From Eledone cirrhosa (taxonomy: Eukaryota): DNA of 64,000 nucleotides. The notes beneath the pieces are model-generated. The model did no database searches. It saw nothing but the letters and a program-made list of their open reading frames with translations, and was not told the DNA's origin. The stretch spans positions 192,324,001 through 192,388,000 of the forward strand of contig OZ024740.1 of the NCBI GenBank assembly GCA_964016885.1, written 5' to 3'. This document shows positions 1 to 14,278 of the stretch, piece after piece (the stretch's first letter is position 1; each line of letters starts with the position of its first letter). A program made the position numbers and the translations under genes.

Positions 1-140
1 GTTTCGAAGGCTAATTCTGTACTGAATGAAAAATAAAATGTATTTTTATATATATATATATATATAATTAAATAAATATATATATATATTATATATATTA
101 TATATATATATATATTATATATATATATATATATTATATA

Positions 141-196
<56 letters not shown>

Positions 197-201
197 GTTT
201 A

Positions 202-371
<170 letters not shown>

Positions 372-515
372 GAGTTTATGTAGGTTGTATACCAACACCT
401 CAGTATGCAGGCTGGAGCACTCGACGAAGTGCGCAGGTTGGTTTGGTTACTCCGGAGTAGTGTAAAATAAAGTTAAATAAAAAAGTCAAATGATTAAAAT
501 TTAGCTTCGTTTATT

Positions 516-570
516 ACTGCTATATATATTTCAGTGACAGCCATCTTTGGCTGTGACCTCTTCAGGCAGT
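516..570 (-). ncRNA. Type I hammerhead ribozyme (PLE pseudo-LTR)
   Basis: actgc-CTGAAGA-stem II hairpin-GAAA-tatata-TA-gcagt on the minus strand; stem III is the palindrome ATATATAT. Confidence 0.85.
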
Positions 571-1802
571 TTGAATTAGTATGGTATAGACAAGTACATA
601 TGTTATTTAGGTGTATGATATTGTCAATACTCTGATATGCCCAGTTCCTTGTTGGGTTGTTAATTCACTGGGGAACTGGAGTCATATGAATTCAAACAAA
701 CGAATTTTCGTGTCACAGGTCCCCTTCTCCTCTCATTGGTCAGTTATTAGAACATTCCTCATTCTAAGTGTTGTTATTGTTGGAGTTAGCTTAACAATTG
801 ATAAAATGGTAGAAGGGACAAGGTGTTAAAGGAACAAAATAACAAAAAACGTGTCAAACTTCCCATTGTTCAGTTCTGAGAGCATTCCTCAGTCAGAAGT
901 CTACAGAATTATTTCTGGGGTGAGGCTCCCTGTAGTGTTTATGCTTGCTATTGTTCAGTACATTTGACCTCCACCATTATTTTGGTACTGTTGTTGTTGT
1001 AGTGGTCAGCTTATATCTTGCTGCTGCTAACAATTTAGAAGTATCCATTTTGTGTTTTTTCTTCATCCCTCCCGCCACCATCGTAGTGGTGGTGGTGGTG
1101 GTGGTGGTGGTGGTGGTGGTGGTGTGGGTGGGTGGGGGTTATTTCATGTATATGAAGAAATATAAGGCAATAAATGAAGAAAACAGAAAATAAATAAATA
1201 ATATAATAAAATAAAATAATTAATATAATGTGTGTAATTTGAAAATAAATAAATAAATAGAGAATAATGAATAAAGAGTAAATGAGAGATTGTTGAAAAA
1301 GTAATGATAATGTATATGGAGAAGTGAGAAATAATGTAGGATAAAGTGTGTGTGTGTGTGCTATAACCAATTTCAAGGTCAGAATATGTTGGATAGATTG
1401 GTATGATACAAGATGTTAAGATGAGATATTCAATGTGTTTGTGTTATAATCTATCTCAACTTAAAATAAATATAAGGTGATACAGTGAAGAGGGCAGAAA
1501 ACAAATAACAAATTAATAAAGAGAAATCAAGATTTAAGATTGGAACTTAAAAGTCAGAAATCTGGTAAATTAAAAGTGTTTCTGTTATAGATGTTGGCCA
1601 AATTATTATGGCTGTGTCCGATTCTATCTCTAGGCTATCATGGTGTCTGCTCCGCCTGGGTTGTTCCCTGTGGCTTGAGGGGAGTTCACAACCTAGGGTG
1701 TTGTTATTCCCCATATAGCTTGAGGGAGGTCTGGCCGAGAGGTGTTTTCATGTTCTATAGAAGTCCCTATAGCTTGAGGGGAGTTCACATCTTCTTGTGT
1801 TA

Positions 1803-2442
1803 CTACTGTCCATATATTTTGAGAAAAGTCCCGGCTCTAAGGTGTCTGCATGTCCCGAAGAAGTCGGTTCTGAGGTTTATCAGGCCGCTTCCACCCCTTA
1901 GTATCTCGAGGGTCTCGTTCAGGCATAGTTTGCATATGCAAGATCCCCCTTTATCAGGTGGTACTTTCCTGATAATGTACCAGGCCAGAGAGTATGGGGT
2001 CCTGTCCAGCTTAAGCTTCCAGATCAGGTCGGATAGAGCTGTGCTTTTCCTTTTGGCCTCTTTCTTGAATGAATGGCGATGGTTGTACCAGCGGTCCTTA
2101 AAGCTCGTTGATGTGGCTCCTATGTAGAGGTGTTCGGAGTTGGGGGTTTTAACCCTACAACCGTACACTAAGTTCTTCTTGAGACATTCATTACCAAGGG
2201 GGCATGATTCGGGGTTTCTGCAGTTGCAGAGGGTGGTCGGCCTCTGCGTGCCTAGATTAGGGTTCTCATTATGTGTTACATGTTGGTCTCCCCCCATGCT
2301 CGGTGGGGGGTCCTTGGGTCTGTTTGTGTTTCTTGGGTGGGCTCTGGGTCCCCTCTTCCCCTCCTTTCACATGGTTCTGCTGAGTGTTTGTATTGCCATC
2401 TTCTGGTTGTGTGTGGCTTTTAAGCCTACTTCTGTTGATGCT
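1803..2442 (-). pseudogene. PLE C-terminal GIY-YIG endonuclease fragment
   Basis: CNCRNPESCPLGNEC (CxCx5Cx5C), LVY...YIGATSTSFKDRWYNH, CKLC and CRH motifs; upstream part frameshifted and truncated. Confidence 0.9.
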
Positions 2443-2563
2443 ATTCATATGACTCCAGTACCCCAGTGAATTAACAACCCAACAAGGAACTGGGCATATC
2501 AGAGTATTGACAATATCATACACCTAAATAACATATGTACTTGTCTATACCATACTAATTCAA

Positions 2564-2618
2564 ACTGCCTGAAGAGGTCACAGCCAAAGATGGCTGTCAC
2601 TGAAATATATATAGCAGT
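2564..2618 (+). ncRNA. Type I hammerhead ribozyme (inverted pseudo-LTR copy)
   Basis: actgc CTGAAGA ggtcacagcca-aaga-tggctgtcact GAAA tatata TA gcagt. Confidence 0.85.
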
Positions 2619-2667
2619 AATAAACGAATCTAAATTTTAATCATTTGACTTTTATTTAACTTTATTT

Positions 2668-3308
<641 letters not shown>

Positions 3309-3363
3309 TTACTTTAATATATACATATATATTTTGTAACAGCAGAATGAGTTGTATTATTTT

Positions 3364-3745
3364 TGGCAGTATCGGTAGAGGGCCGGACGCCATGATTTGA
3401 TGCATAGAATTACGGCCCTTGCCATTCTGAGTTCGAATCCCGCCGAAGTTAACTTTGCCTTTCATCCTTACGGGGTCGATAAAATAAAGTACCAGTAATG
3501 CACTGGGTAATTGCTGGCCTTGTGCCAAAAATTTGAAACAATTATTTATATTCCTTTGCGGTGGATTGGCAACATCGGTAGAGGGTCGGGCGCCATGCTT
3601 TCCAGCATAGTTAGTCTCTTTGCGGTCTGAGTTCAAATCCCGCCGAGTTTAACTTTGCCTTTCATCCTCACGGGGTCGATAAAATAAAGTACCAGTAATA
3701 CACTGGGATAATTTTTGGCCTTGTGCCAAATGTGGAAACCATTAT
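3364..3745 (+). mobile_element. Two tandem tRNA-derived SINE copies
   Basis: A-box-like TGGCAGTATCGG and B-box GAGTTCGAATCC; shared body aactttgcctttcatcc...ggggtcgataaaataaagtaccag recurs at 13.3, 39.0, 47.4, 47.9 and 48.1 kb. Confidence 0.85.
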
Positions 3746-4147
3746 TTATATTCCTTGAAATAATATATTTTCTATATTATGCATAGATTAGGCCCCGATA
3801 TTGAACTCTTATCCCCCCTAACATTCCTAAAACCTCATAAAATAATGTGTTATTATAATTAAGCAAAGTTCCCGCCCTCTGTTTTTTAATTTAATTAATT
3901 AAATTTATCTAATATATATCTTTAATTTTTCGTTTTTTTATGACCAAGACATTATGCTATTTTAAAAAAAAAACATATGAAGCATCTAAATTAACTGTCC
4001 TTATTATTTATTCATTTGTTTATTTCTAGATTTCCCAATGACTTTAAATCCTAGAAAAGTTCTAAATTCTGAATCAGATAACCGTTTTGAGCTGATCGTA
4101 TACGATCTCTTTCACGAGTCTGTCATATAATATTTTATATATCTAAT

Positions 4148-4210
4148 ATTGTATTTTGTCTGAAGAAGGCATACTATAATTCAGTATCCATGAAATATAT
4201 ATAATACAAT
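4148..4210 (+). ncRNA. Degenerate hammerhead-like motif
   Basis: CTGAAGA-hairpin(atact/agtat)-GAAA tatata TA; stem I is weak. Confidence 0.5.
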
Positions 4211-4631
4211 AAATAATGATGCTATAGTATATATTCCTTTTATTGCTATTATTATCGTAATACACCAGATAAATGTACTAGTCGAGTGCTTCGGATCTGT
4301 TAAGAACATGACTTTCTTGATGACATATCAACAAAGTCTCTTTGTTTATATATATATATATGTAGTGGTACAACACTGGAAGGTAATATAGTGGTAGAGC
4401 ACTCAGTCCATGGGACGAGTTATGTAGAACTGGTTCCACATCAGTTACATACCCAGAACAATTGTTTCACCGGCATGTAGCTCAAGACATGATCACTTTA
4501 TGTATCTGGGTGATTATATGGGTGCAGGTTCTTTCGGACACATGAAATTCGTTCGGGGCAAAGTTTCTGACTAACAATTGTAACACGCAATAAACTGAGT
4601 CCAGAAGCATCACTGATATTTGGTTTTTGTA

Positions 4632-6582
4632 TCTTTATATATATGAAAACGAGGATGTGTGTGTGCCTGTGTACAAATTTGCATACGTAAGGCTTTTTCA
4701 ATTACCAACTGAATTTGACAAAATTGTATGTGCACGTTGCACAGGTCGCTAAGATTGTCACATCACAAACATTTCTCAAATCGACCCACGTTGAGCAATA
4801 AAAAATCGATATCAAAATTATCGGTAGAAAAATTGATGTAATGGTGATAACAAACTTTATTGACAATCCTTATAAAAAAGGGAAATAACCAACTTTTCAG
4901 AAATATAAACATCACATTCATTTGAAAATAAATCACTAATATTATCCTTTGTTTCTTGTTTATTCTTTGTTGCCCTTTCAAAGTTAAAAAAACACTTGTT
5001 TTAACTTGTTTCACTATATTAACTGTTAATTTTCTCGTTAAGGGCCTAATCTCGCAGCAGTCACGAATTGACGAGATGTTGATGATGGTTTGTTTATTTT
5101 TAGAACAATCGTTATGGGACATTACATTAAAACCATTGGGACCTACAACTTTTACATTTTTAAAACTTTCATAAGCCATGTTGATACTAAAAAAAAATCT
5201 GTTGCACTTTCAAAGTTAACTGTAACGCTTCAATTCATACATTTTGACTTTACAGCTTTTCACCAAATATGCCCCGTAAAAGAAAGTATGCAAATAATGC
5301 CTATCGGTCGAAAGAAAACAATGAGTGTAAATGACGCTCCGCCGATAACCTAACATAGACAATCACTAAATGCGGTGAGTACAGCTTTGCAACAGCTTTG
5401 TCCGCCGCTGAGCGTCAGTTAGTGCGGCGAACCAATAATGCTAAAGCAACTGCTGCAGCCGAGCTGCAGAGACTACAGCGCAACGTGAAACACGCCTTGC
5501 TATGGATGCTACAGATATTTCTGCAGCAAGATCTGCAGAGACAGTACAAAAATATGAAAGACGCCGTGCGCGTAATGCTTCAGCTAATGTTGCAGCAAGA
5601 GCAATTGAGACTGAGCAAGAACGTCAAAGTCGGCATTTGAGAAATGCTTCAGCTACTGCTACGGCACGAGCTGTAGAGACTGTAACAAGTCGAGCTATTC
5701 GGCTGGAGGGTAACGTTCAACGTAGAGCTTTATCGCGGGGTATTTCAAAGGCATCACGGTCACGATGGTAACATAAGGCAGTTAATTATGACCCTAATGT
5801 AAACTATCAAATCGATCCTGATATTCAAATATATGCCAACATTGTAAAGATAAAAAGTAGGGGGGGATTCAGCTGGAATGTGCTGCTCCAACGGTAAGGT
5901 TAATTTACCCAACCTTAGGCAACCACCGCAACCTCTCCAGATGCTTCTAACAGGTAGGCATTCACAATCACGAAGCATATCCGACAGAACAACATTGCGT
6001 TTCAAATGACCTCTTTCGGTGCAAAACTTCTGCTCACGAGTTGGCAGTCGAGATAATCTCTTTGCGTTTGTTCCAAAAAGAAAGACAAAGAAGTGTTTTA
6101 GTGTTAATAAAAAAATTATTACAGCTCTGCCTTGACTACACCTTACTCATTACAAAACATACCAATGTATATGTCATGCAGGATATTTTGGATTATAAGT
6201 TAAAAATGTAACCATTCACAGCAAAGTATGCTCTCGATGGATAGATTTTCTCTTATTCTACTCCCATTGTTTTTCTGTTTGTATACAGCTCTGCTTTCAT
6301 TACAACTTTTTGTACTTAAGCAAAACTGCCTGTTTTTTTACAGATTTGCAACGTGTATTGTCTTTAATCATTTGTAAAACTACATCCTGTTCAGTGTTTA
6401 CCTTCATTATCAGCATAGTTTTATGTGTACAAAGATTGCACTACATATTCGTTTGCATGGATTATTGAAGACTTCTGCTTATTTTGACAGGGTTGGGGAG
6501 AAATAATGTTCTTCTTTTACTTCCTAGGTGTATATTCATAGCATACTTTCAAACTCCGAGCAACGCCGGCTAAATCTGCTAG
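4632..6582 (+). mobile_element. Internally deleted Helitron
   Basis: A|TC start; 3' hairpin ccgagcaacgccgg then CTAG|T; remnant Rep N-terminus with RAxETxxxRxxR repeats, NYDP, CCSNGKVNLP...PPQPL and FQMTSFGA. Confidence 0.85.
5298..6030 (+). pseudogene. Helitron RepHel N-terminal remnant
   Basis: Frameshifted translation: ...ARAIETEQERQSRH...; GMCCSNGKVNLPNLRQPPQPLQMLL; FQMTSFGAK. Confidence 0.8.
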
Positions 6583-6585
6583 TAC

Positions 6586-6674
<89 letters not shown>

Positions 6675-6691
6675 TACATGTATATACCATA

Positions 6692-6832
<141 letters not shown>

Positions 6833-6907
6833 CTATATATATATATAACTATATATATATATATATAACTATATATATATATATATAACTATATATATAT
6901 ATATATA

Positions 6908-6953
<46 letters not shown>

Positions 6954-6988
6954 TATATATATATATAAATATATGTAGTAAATATATA

Positions 6989-7041
<53 letters not shown>

Positions 7042-7152
7042 CATATGTATATACTACATGTATATATACATATATATAAATATATATATATGTATATATA
7101 TATATTAGTGAAAAAGAACAAAGGAACTATTATGACATTATAACAAGTTTAT

Positions 7153-7199
7153 TGCCGACAGCCGTTTCGTCCGACCATATAGTGGGACTTTTCAAGGCA
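7153..7199 (-). ncRNA. Variant hammerhead (UUGAAAA core) in a PLE 3' end (about 7105-7900)
   Basis: tgcc TTGAAAA gtcc...ggac GAAA cggctg TC ggca; U3/A8 replaces C3/G8. Confidence 0.7.
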
Positions 7200-8145
7200 T
7201 ATAACATGTGATTGTAAGATCATTATTTACATCAACGTATCACTCAAGACTAGCAGTTTGAAATTGTGGTATACATCCGCAGCTCCGCTTGTATAGTTGG
7301 GGTCTATATTCTAAGGGGGCTCTTTTATATTAGTTTTCGGGCGTCAGGGATTTAAGGTTAAAAATTAGATAATATATAATTTACGCATTAAAAGTAAAAA
7401 TTCGAAATTCAAAATTCAAAATTAAAAGACTTGCGATCTCGTAGAAGCACCTTAAAAAATCCCTCAATAAGTGCATAAAGCTTACAGGCCCCAATAAACC
7501 TAACAAAGTAGAAGAGATTAAGAGGCTAATAAAATAAAAAAATAAAAATATAAAGTTTCCCTGAAAAATATAAAGTTTCCTAAGAAATCCCTTCGAGAGA
7601 AACATTTTTTTTTTTTTTCGATTTTTTTTTCTACGAAAGAAAAAACTTTCTTCCCCCGATATTACGTTAAACAATTTCAGAAAATTTACGAAGTTTTGAT
7701 ATTCCCTACTAAGTTGAAACAAACTAATCAATTAAAGGTTAGTTCAGAGAGCCTTCAATAAATCTCTCAGAAAAGGCCCCTTTAATATTTTTAATAGGAA
7801 CCTCCTCCGAGAGACCCTTCGAAGAATTAAAATGTTAGAGAGCCTTTATGGATATATATAAACGAATTGAGGAAAATTATAAATTAAAAGTTAAAAATTA
7901 CGGTATTTGGGATATATGTATATATATATATTTCGTTTCTGAATTTGTTTAGCAAGATTCTTTATCTGAAATCGTGTGTTGAAACCGATATTGTTATACT
8001 TTGGGAGGGTCATGTTGCCAATAAGAAACACACGCACCAGTTGCTTTCACTTCAGTTTATTATATATTTATAAATTTACAAATTTATAAATTTATAAATT
8101 TCTGGTTGGTTGGTTGGTTCCACAACTAGATAGTTGTTTATATAT

Positions 8146-8190
8146 AGTCATAGTCTTTTCGTCACACACTCTGTGACCTCTTCAGTGACT
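8146..8190 (-). ncRNA. Hammerhead motif, slightly degenerate
   Basis: agtca CTGAAGA ggtcaca-gagtg-tgtgac GAAA agac TA tgact. Confidence 0.7.
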
Positions 8191-8401
8191 GGTGATTCCT
8201 TTTTTGTTTCTGTGCCTCTCCTTTGTTCTGTCCTACGCCATTTTGTTTCTGTGTGTGTGCTGTGTGCTCAGTCTGCGCATGCGCCACATCCGGGTGTCTG
8301 TGTGTGTTTCTGTTCATTTATCTATTTGTTTATTTATTTGTTTATTTACATGTTACTGGTTGGTTGTTTGTTCTATGTGTGTGTGTGTTTTCATTTTGTC
8401 C

Positions 8402-9801
8402 TTAATTGTAAGTTGTGATGTTGCTGTTCCACTCATACTTTCTATTTAATTTTGGTTGTAATTCTTTTATGTTTATTGCTTCTGTAATTTGTCTAAACAT
8501 TGCATCTTTTCTGTGTGTAGATTCTATTTTCATTTCTATGTTCTCTAATTTACCCTTGTGTTCTATCTTAGCATGTTGGTAGAGTACAGATGATTCTTTA
8601 TTATCCTGAAGGTCTCGCCAGTGTTCATTTATCCGTTCCCCTATACTACAAGCTGTCTCACCTATGTACACTATATTTTTTGTCTCTACATTGTCCTTCA
8701 GTACATCTTATGCTATACACTACATTTCTAGTTTGACAGTTAATATGGGGGCTTATTTTACAGGTTATACATTTCTTATCTATACATGAGGGTCTTTGAA
8801 AAGGGTATGTCTTGCTAATAAGTGTTTTTACGGAGGTACCTGGTCTTTCTACTATCTTAATATTGAGTTTATGTTTATTTAGGGCCCTTCTAAAGTTGTA
8901 GGCTAGTTCGCCTCTAGGGGTTGTATCGATGAACATAATACTCTGGTATTTATTGCTATCATACCATGAGTTTATTCTATTAGCCTTGTTCCTAGTTCTT
9001 TCTATTCTATTCCAAAATTTGCTCCTGTACAAGGGGCAGGTCCCATTTATGTCATTATTTACCATTTTTTCCTATTTGGTTCTGGCTCCTCTATACACTC
9101 TGATTCTATCTCTCTTATTGTAGCCAGAGAACTGCATTAGGTGGATGAAGTGTTGTATGTGTCTCTCTAGTTCTTCGGGGTTGCACATGCGGGACACATT
9201 TCTCATCACCCGTACCAAATCCGCAATCAGTATGTTGATTTTGGTATGGTCTGAAATGGCCGAGTTTCGGTGGATCAGATGTTTGGAAGTCATGGGTTTG
9301 GCATAATGGGAATGGAGGATTTGTTTTTGGTTGTTAATGGTATCTAACCAGAGCTCTGTGTCTAGTACAGGTAATCGATGGTTGGGGTGTTTACTTGGGT
9401 AGTCTATAGTAACTCTAATGCTCTGGTGGATGGAGTTTGCTATTTTCTGGATGCTTTCCATTGTGTTTTTCTCTAGTTCCTGACTGTTCTCTAGTGGGGG
9501 TGTCTTAACTACGATGTTTATATCATCTACGTAGCGGGAGTACATTATCAGGGTTGAGGGGTCTTCTAATTGTTCTTTAAGTTTAAGTTTAAGTCTACTG
9601 TCCCACCATACCATGAATAAGGTAGCTATGTCGCCTGCAATGCTAACACCAATGGCTGCTCCTTCCTCTTGGGCATATGTTTTTCCATTAAATTTGAACA
9701 TATGTTCCTTAAGGGTTAGTTTTATGCTGGCCCCTACCGCATGTGCAATCATTTTCTTCAGTTCATCGTGTTTTCGGGTGGAACAGAGCCATACGGACAC
9801 A
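8402..9801 (-). pseudogene. PLE reverse transcriptase + GIY-YIG endonuclease (two frameshifts)
   Basis: FKFNGKTYAQEEGAAIG, RYVDD, LPVLD, HYAKPM (RT); Cys-rich linker, NVVYSIRC, YIGETACSIGERINEH, EAINI (GIY-YIG). Confidence 0.92.
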
Positions 9802-10181
9802 TTTGTAAACAAACTGAAAAGCCTGAATTTTTATTCCGTACGGTATTAAGGCAACCACGTCACCTTTTTGTTCAACACTGACACAGGAACGATGTACTAG
9901 TTTCAAGCTTGTTAGCTATCAGCCGTTAATTTTCATAAGGAAAGTATATATACTTTGGAACGTTCAACTATCTGGCAGATGGGTATACGGTGCTGATGAT
10001 AGCTGACAAGCTTGAAACTAGTACATCGTTCCTGTGTCAGTGTTGAACAAAAAGGGGACGTGGTTGCCTTAACACCGTACGGCATAAAAATTCAGGCTGT
10101 TCAGTTTGTTTACAAACGAACAAAGCGGCGTTATAATAAGCGTCCGCTAAACTGATACGTGCATATATGTATGTGTACCTG

Positions 10182-10263
<82 letters not shown>

Positions 10264-10313
10264 TGCTACTGTACGTCTGTATACATATATGTATGTACGT
10301 ATACCCACATACT

Positions 10314-10318
<5 letters not shown>
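9802..10318 (+). mobile_element. Partial copy of the 467-bp HHR repeat (retrozyme-like) with an inverted arm
   Basis: Near-identical to the units at 32.5-36.3 kb; inverted arm at 9802-9922; HHR at 9986-10030. Confidence 0.88.
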
Positions 10319-10389
<71 letters not shown>

Positions 10390-10592
10390 TATATATATAT
10401 ATATATCCAAAGTACTCAATACTTGAGGTAGTAGAGTGGGTAATAGGAACCCCTTACTGGTTCCTATATATATATATATATATAACATATTACTACCAAT
10501 CGTATATAAATATTGATTTTGTCATAACTAATCACTGCCCAAACTGGAATTGAACCATCAGCACAGTTGAGGTATGTCAGACATCAATTTAT

Positions 10593-10652
10593 TTTATCTG
10601 ATGAGGACATACTGATGAAACAGCTCAGTGCCTCTGAAATATATATAATAAA
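10593..10652 (+). ncRNA. Type I hammerhead in a solo pseudo-LTR (about 10485-10700)
   Basis: tttat CTGATGA gga..actga/tcagt..tct GAAA tatata TA ataaa; same family as 61495-61774. Confidence 0.8.
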
Positions 10653-10713
10653 CTATATTTGATCACATTAATGTCTCTATTTATTAATATTTTGAAATAA
10701 TATGATATATATA

Positions 10714-11145
10714 TAGTAATGATAATACATTTGAAGACTAAAATCCCAAGAGAGCTCGATAAGGATAAATATATATCAAATATATAAGAACCGTAGAGCA
10801 AATATTTATTAAAATAACAGATTAAATTTTAAGCAAATAATCGCTGCTTTCACCCTTAACGAGATCTTCTGAAACTAACAAAGTCAGTCTGTGAACGCAG
10901 AAGTGAATATTTCAAAACACCTTGCAACCGGAGGAAGACAGGAAAACGATACTTTGGTTCGTGGAAACGTTCCCTGGCAAAGATCGGGAAAAAAACGAAT
11001 ATAATACGTCATTATCCGGCTGCAACGTTTTTTGAAATATTCACTTCTGCGTTCACAGATTGACTTTGTTAGTTTCAGAAGATCCCGTTAAGGGTGAAAG
11101 CAGCGATTCTTTGCTTAAACTTTAATCTGTTATTTTAATAAATAT
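10714..11145. mobile_element. Short PLE-type inverted insertion with variant HHRs (CAGAAGA core)
   Basis: Inverted arms at about 10802-10917 and 11029-11145, tail at 10714-10801; HHR-like motifs at 10826-10876(-) and 11071-11121(+). Confidence 0.8.
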
Positions 11146-13087
11146 ATATATATATATATATAGATGCATAAATATATGCATATATATTCATACACATTCA
11201 TATATATGTGAGTGAATGCGACTGTGTGTGACAAAATGTACCTATGTGTAATGATACTTTTTGCGTCTTTAAAATGACCACCTTTGCTTAATACTTGAAT
11301 GAAGTATGTAATCCTTCCATGTACAGCATTACATTTACTATGTAATTGCGTTGCTTAAACTATAATTATATGGCGGTAATTGCGAATTACTGCATAGTTT
11401 GGAAACAATTCGTGATTTAGAAAGTGATTTTGTCTCATTTTGAATGGATATTTTTTATTGAGGAAAATATATAACGTTAGAAAAATCAGGCCTAATAATA
11501 TTTGTAATACTTGAAAAGATTTTAACACTGAACAGTAAGTAGTATCATTATAATAACATCCATAATAACATCCATAATTCTACACAATTTTATGACAACT
11601 CATCTTCTAATAATAGCTAAAATAAATGTTCTCTTAAGCGGGCTGTCAATAACATGTCAGTCGGCTTAATACTGATATCATGGGGTCAGGAAAATAATAT
11701 AATAGCCACTTACACGATGAAGTATATCGATTGATATAAGATAGATAATATAAAGAAGGCGCCTGCTGTTAACTCAAACCTGCCTTTTATAAATTTGCCA
11801 TCAAATTCCGATATCAAAATAAAATAATAATTTCACATATTATTGATATCGGATACATTTAAAGGCTATCACGTTATATAAAAGTTTTATACACAAGTTT
11901 TGCAACAAAATAATTGTGATTTAAAATGCTATAACTATCAAATAATTACCTCCTAATTACCCTGCTGAGCAGCTTTGTTAGAGGTGTAATTAAGTGAATC
12001 AACTTCAATATATAACTAAACATAACGTAACTATATGAGTATCATAAATTCTCATTTGTGGTGTGAAATATGGTTTGCAAAATACGTTAGAATACCAATA
12101 GTGTCGTGATAAGCCAGTTTGAAAGGACCTTCAAATCAACGTATTAAATAGAAATTATCTAAACCTTTAAAACCTTCGGAGTAATTTATAGCAGATTAAT
12201 ATTTTAGTTATTATATTTATATCAGATTATATTATTATACAGAAAATAGTTGGCAAATAGGGAATATTTATCTCGCCATAAAGAAGACACTTCTCTTACG
12301 GATTGAAACGTTTGTTTGAATGAAACGACTTGTTTACTAATATAACAGACGAAATAATTTGGACAACATGATATTGCTACAATAATGAACAATAAATAAA
12401 AGGTATTATGAAATGACACGGATACATTGTTGTTACTAGGATTTAAAGTACCACCAATTAGGGAAGAATTTAGTATTAATAATATTAAGTTTTGTTATAT
12501 AGGAGTGGGTTATGACTGTAGATCATATATTTGCGATTAGCCATTTAGTTGTCCATCCTTTAACTTTGACATACATCATATGCTGATGCTGATATTATAT
12601 TGAGCATGATCTAACGACAAATTGTTCAGTATATGAATAGCAAAGAAGTTGGAAGGGCTCATATATGTGTAAACATACCATATATCTCTGGATATACAAA
12701 TACACATACATATATGCATACTGCTGTCTAATTCTGTACCGTAATTCTATTTTCAGGCCGAGCGGGCCTACAGCTCCATATTCAAATGAGGTTTATCAGC
12801 CCATGTACTTAGGCATAAAAACTATATTTATGTTTGTTTTTGTGTATGTACACGTGTGTGTGTGAGTCCTTGTGTGTGTGTCACAGAGACAGAGAGAATG
12901 AGACTATAGGATAAATGAAATGGAGAAATAAACGTATCAATAAGTGGTTGATAGAGTTTATATATCAGTGTAAATATGAAGCAACATCAATCTCTGATAA
13001 ACACAAAAAAAATACATACATCGCAGGTGGTATGAAGGCATAAACAAAGCTCGGTTTGATATATATATGTGTGTGCGGGTGTGTGTG

Positions 13088-13124
<37 letters not shown>

Positions 13125-13289
13125 CTGGTGCCATATTTCCCTTTGTTTTTCATGCGCAATTATTCCTCTTTTTACTTCGTTTAAGCTTTGCCAAAAAGAA
13201 AGAATATGTGGCAAGACATTGCATTTCAGATAACTTACTTTATCTTCGTATAACTTATCAATGTCTGTATACACACCATTAATATACGT

Positions 13290-13447
13290 CCGACGCCATG
13301 CTTTGACGCATAGAGTTATGGCTCTTGCCATTCTGAGTTCAAATCCCGCCGGAGCTAACTTTGCCTTTGATCCTTACGGGGTCGATAATATAAAGTACCA
13401 GTAATACACTGGTTTTTGCTGGCCTTGTGCCAAAAGTAGAAACAATT
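13290..13447 (+). mobile_element. tRNA-derived SINE, 5'-truncated
   Basis: GAGTTCAAATCC B-box and the family body. Confidence 0.8.
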
Positions 13448-13577
13448 AATATATATTCCTTTCATCCAGGATTTTATCACATTCTTTTTATTTGTAGTCA
13501 AACTTTTAGATTTAAGAATCCTATATCTATGTACATATGTATTTATTTTATAAACTTCAAAGTCAAACATAATTTAG

Positions 13578-13733
<156 letters not shown>

Positions 13734-13773
13734 TATTTTTATACATATATATATATATATGTATGTATATATG

Positions 13774-14214
13774 AATAAAATGGTCCTTCATCAGTGATGT
13801 TCCAACCATCATTGATATTTCTTCGCTTTAAAGACCATCAAACCTGGTTGGAATGTGAGCAAGGAAGGAATTTCGTACAGGTCTAACGGGAGGAAGAAGG
13901 AATCTATTCTGTGAATTCAGTGAACATAAGTTCTGTGAAATCGTAGACGAGAGAGAAAAAAGCGAACCAGCCTCACCAAGCGTGCGAAAGAAAAGAAATA
14001 CGCACAGGTCAAACGGGAAGAAGGAGGAGGATGAGAGGTAGTAACAGAGAGTGAGTGAGTGAAGGGTGAAGAAGAGGCTAACAGAGAGAGTGACTGTTAG
14101 AGAGGGTAAAGATACCGAGAAAGAGGAAGCAGTAAGAACGAAATAGACGGGTCACAGAGGGGGAAAAATATGTGTAAATATGAGAATAAACGTGCTGCGT
14201 GGTTGCAAATGGGT

Positions 14215-14219
<5 letters not shown>
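13774..14219 (-). mobile_element. Diverged monomer homologous to the 495-bp repeat
   Basis: Reverse complement aligns by eye with the 495-bp unit from atgtaacccat to attttatt; flanked by (TA)n. Confidence 0.75.

Positions 14220-14278
<59 letters not shown>

Larger units (their letters stand above)
7931..9801 (-). mobile_element. 5'-truncated Penelope-like element (RT + GIY-YIG)
   Basis: RT and endonuclease ORF pieces, HHR in the 3' pseudo-LTR, end in (TA)n; the same 3' end recurs at 36461-37057 and 59861-59997. Confidence 0.93.

Noticed and set aside
1035-1376. Poly-His ORF
   Set aside because: A (GGT)n microsatellite within the PLE 3' UTR.
2601-2613. Idea that the cleaved 3' end UAUAUAUA primes directly on (TA)n targets
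   Set aside because: Integrated copies extend 50-150 bp past the cleavage site, and families with other stem III sequences also target (TA)n.
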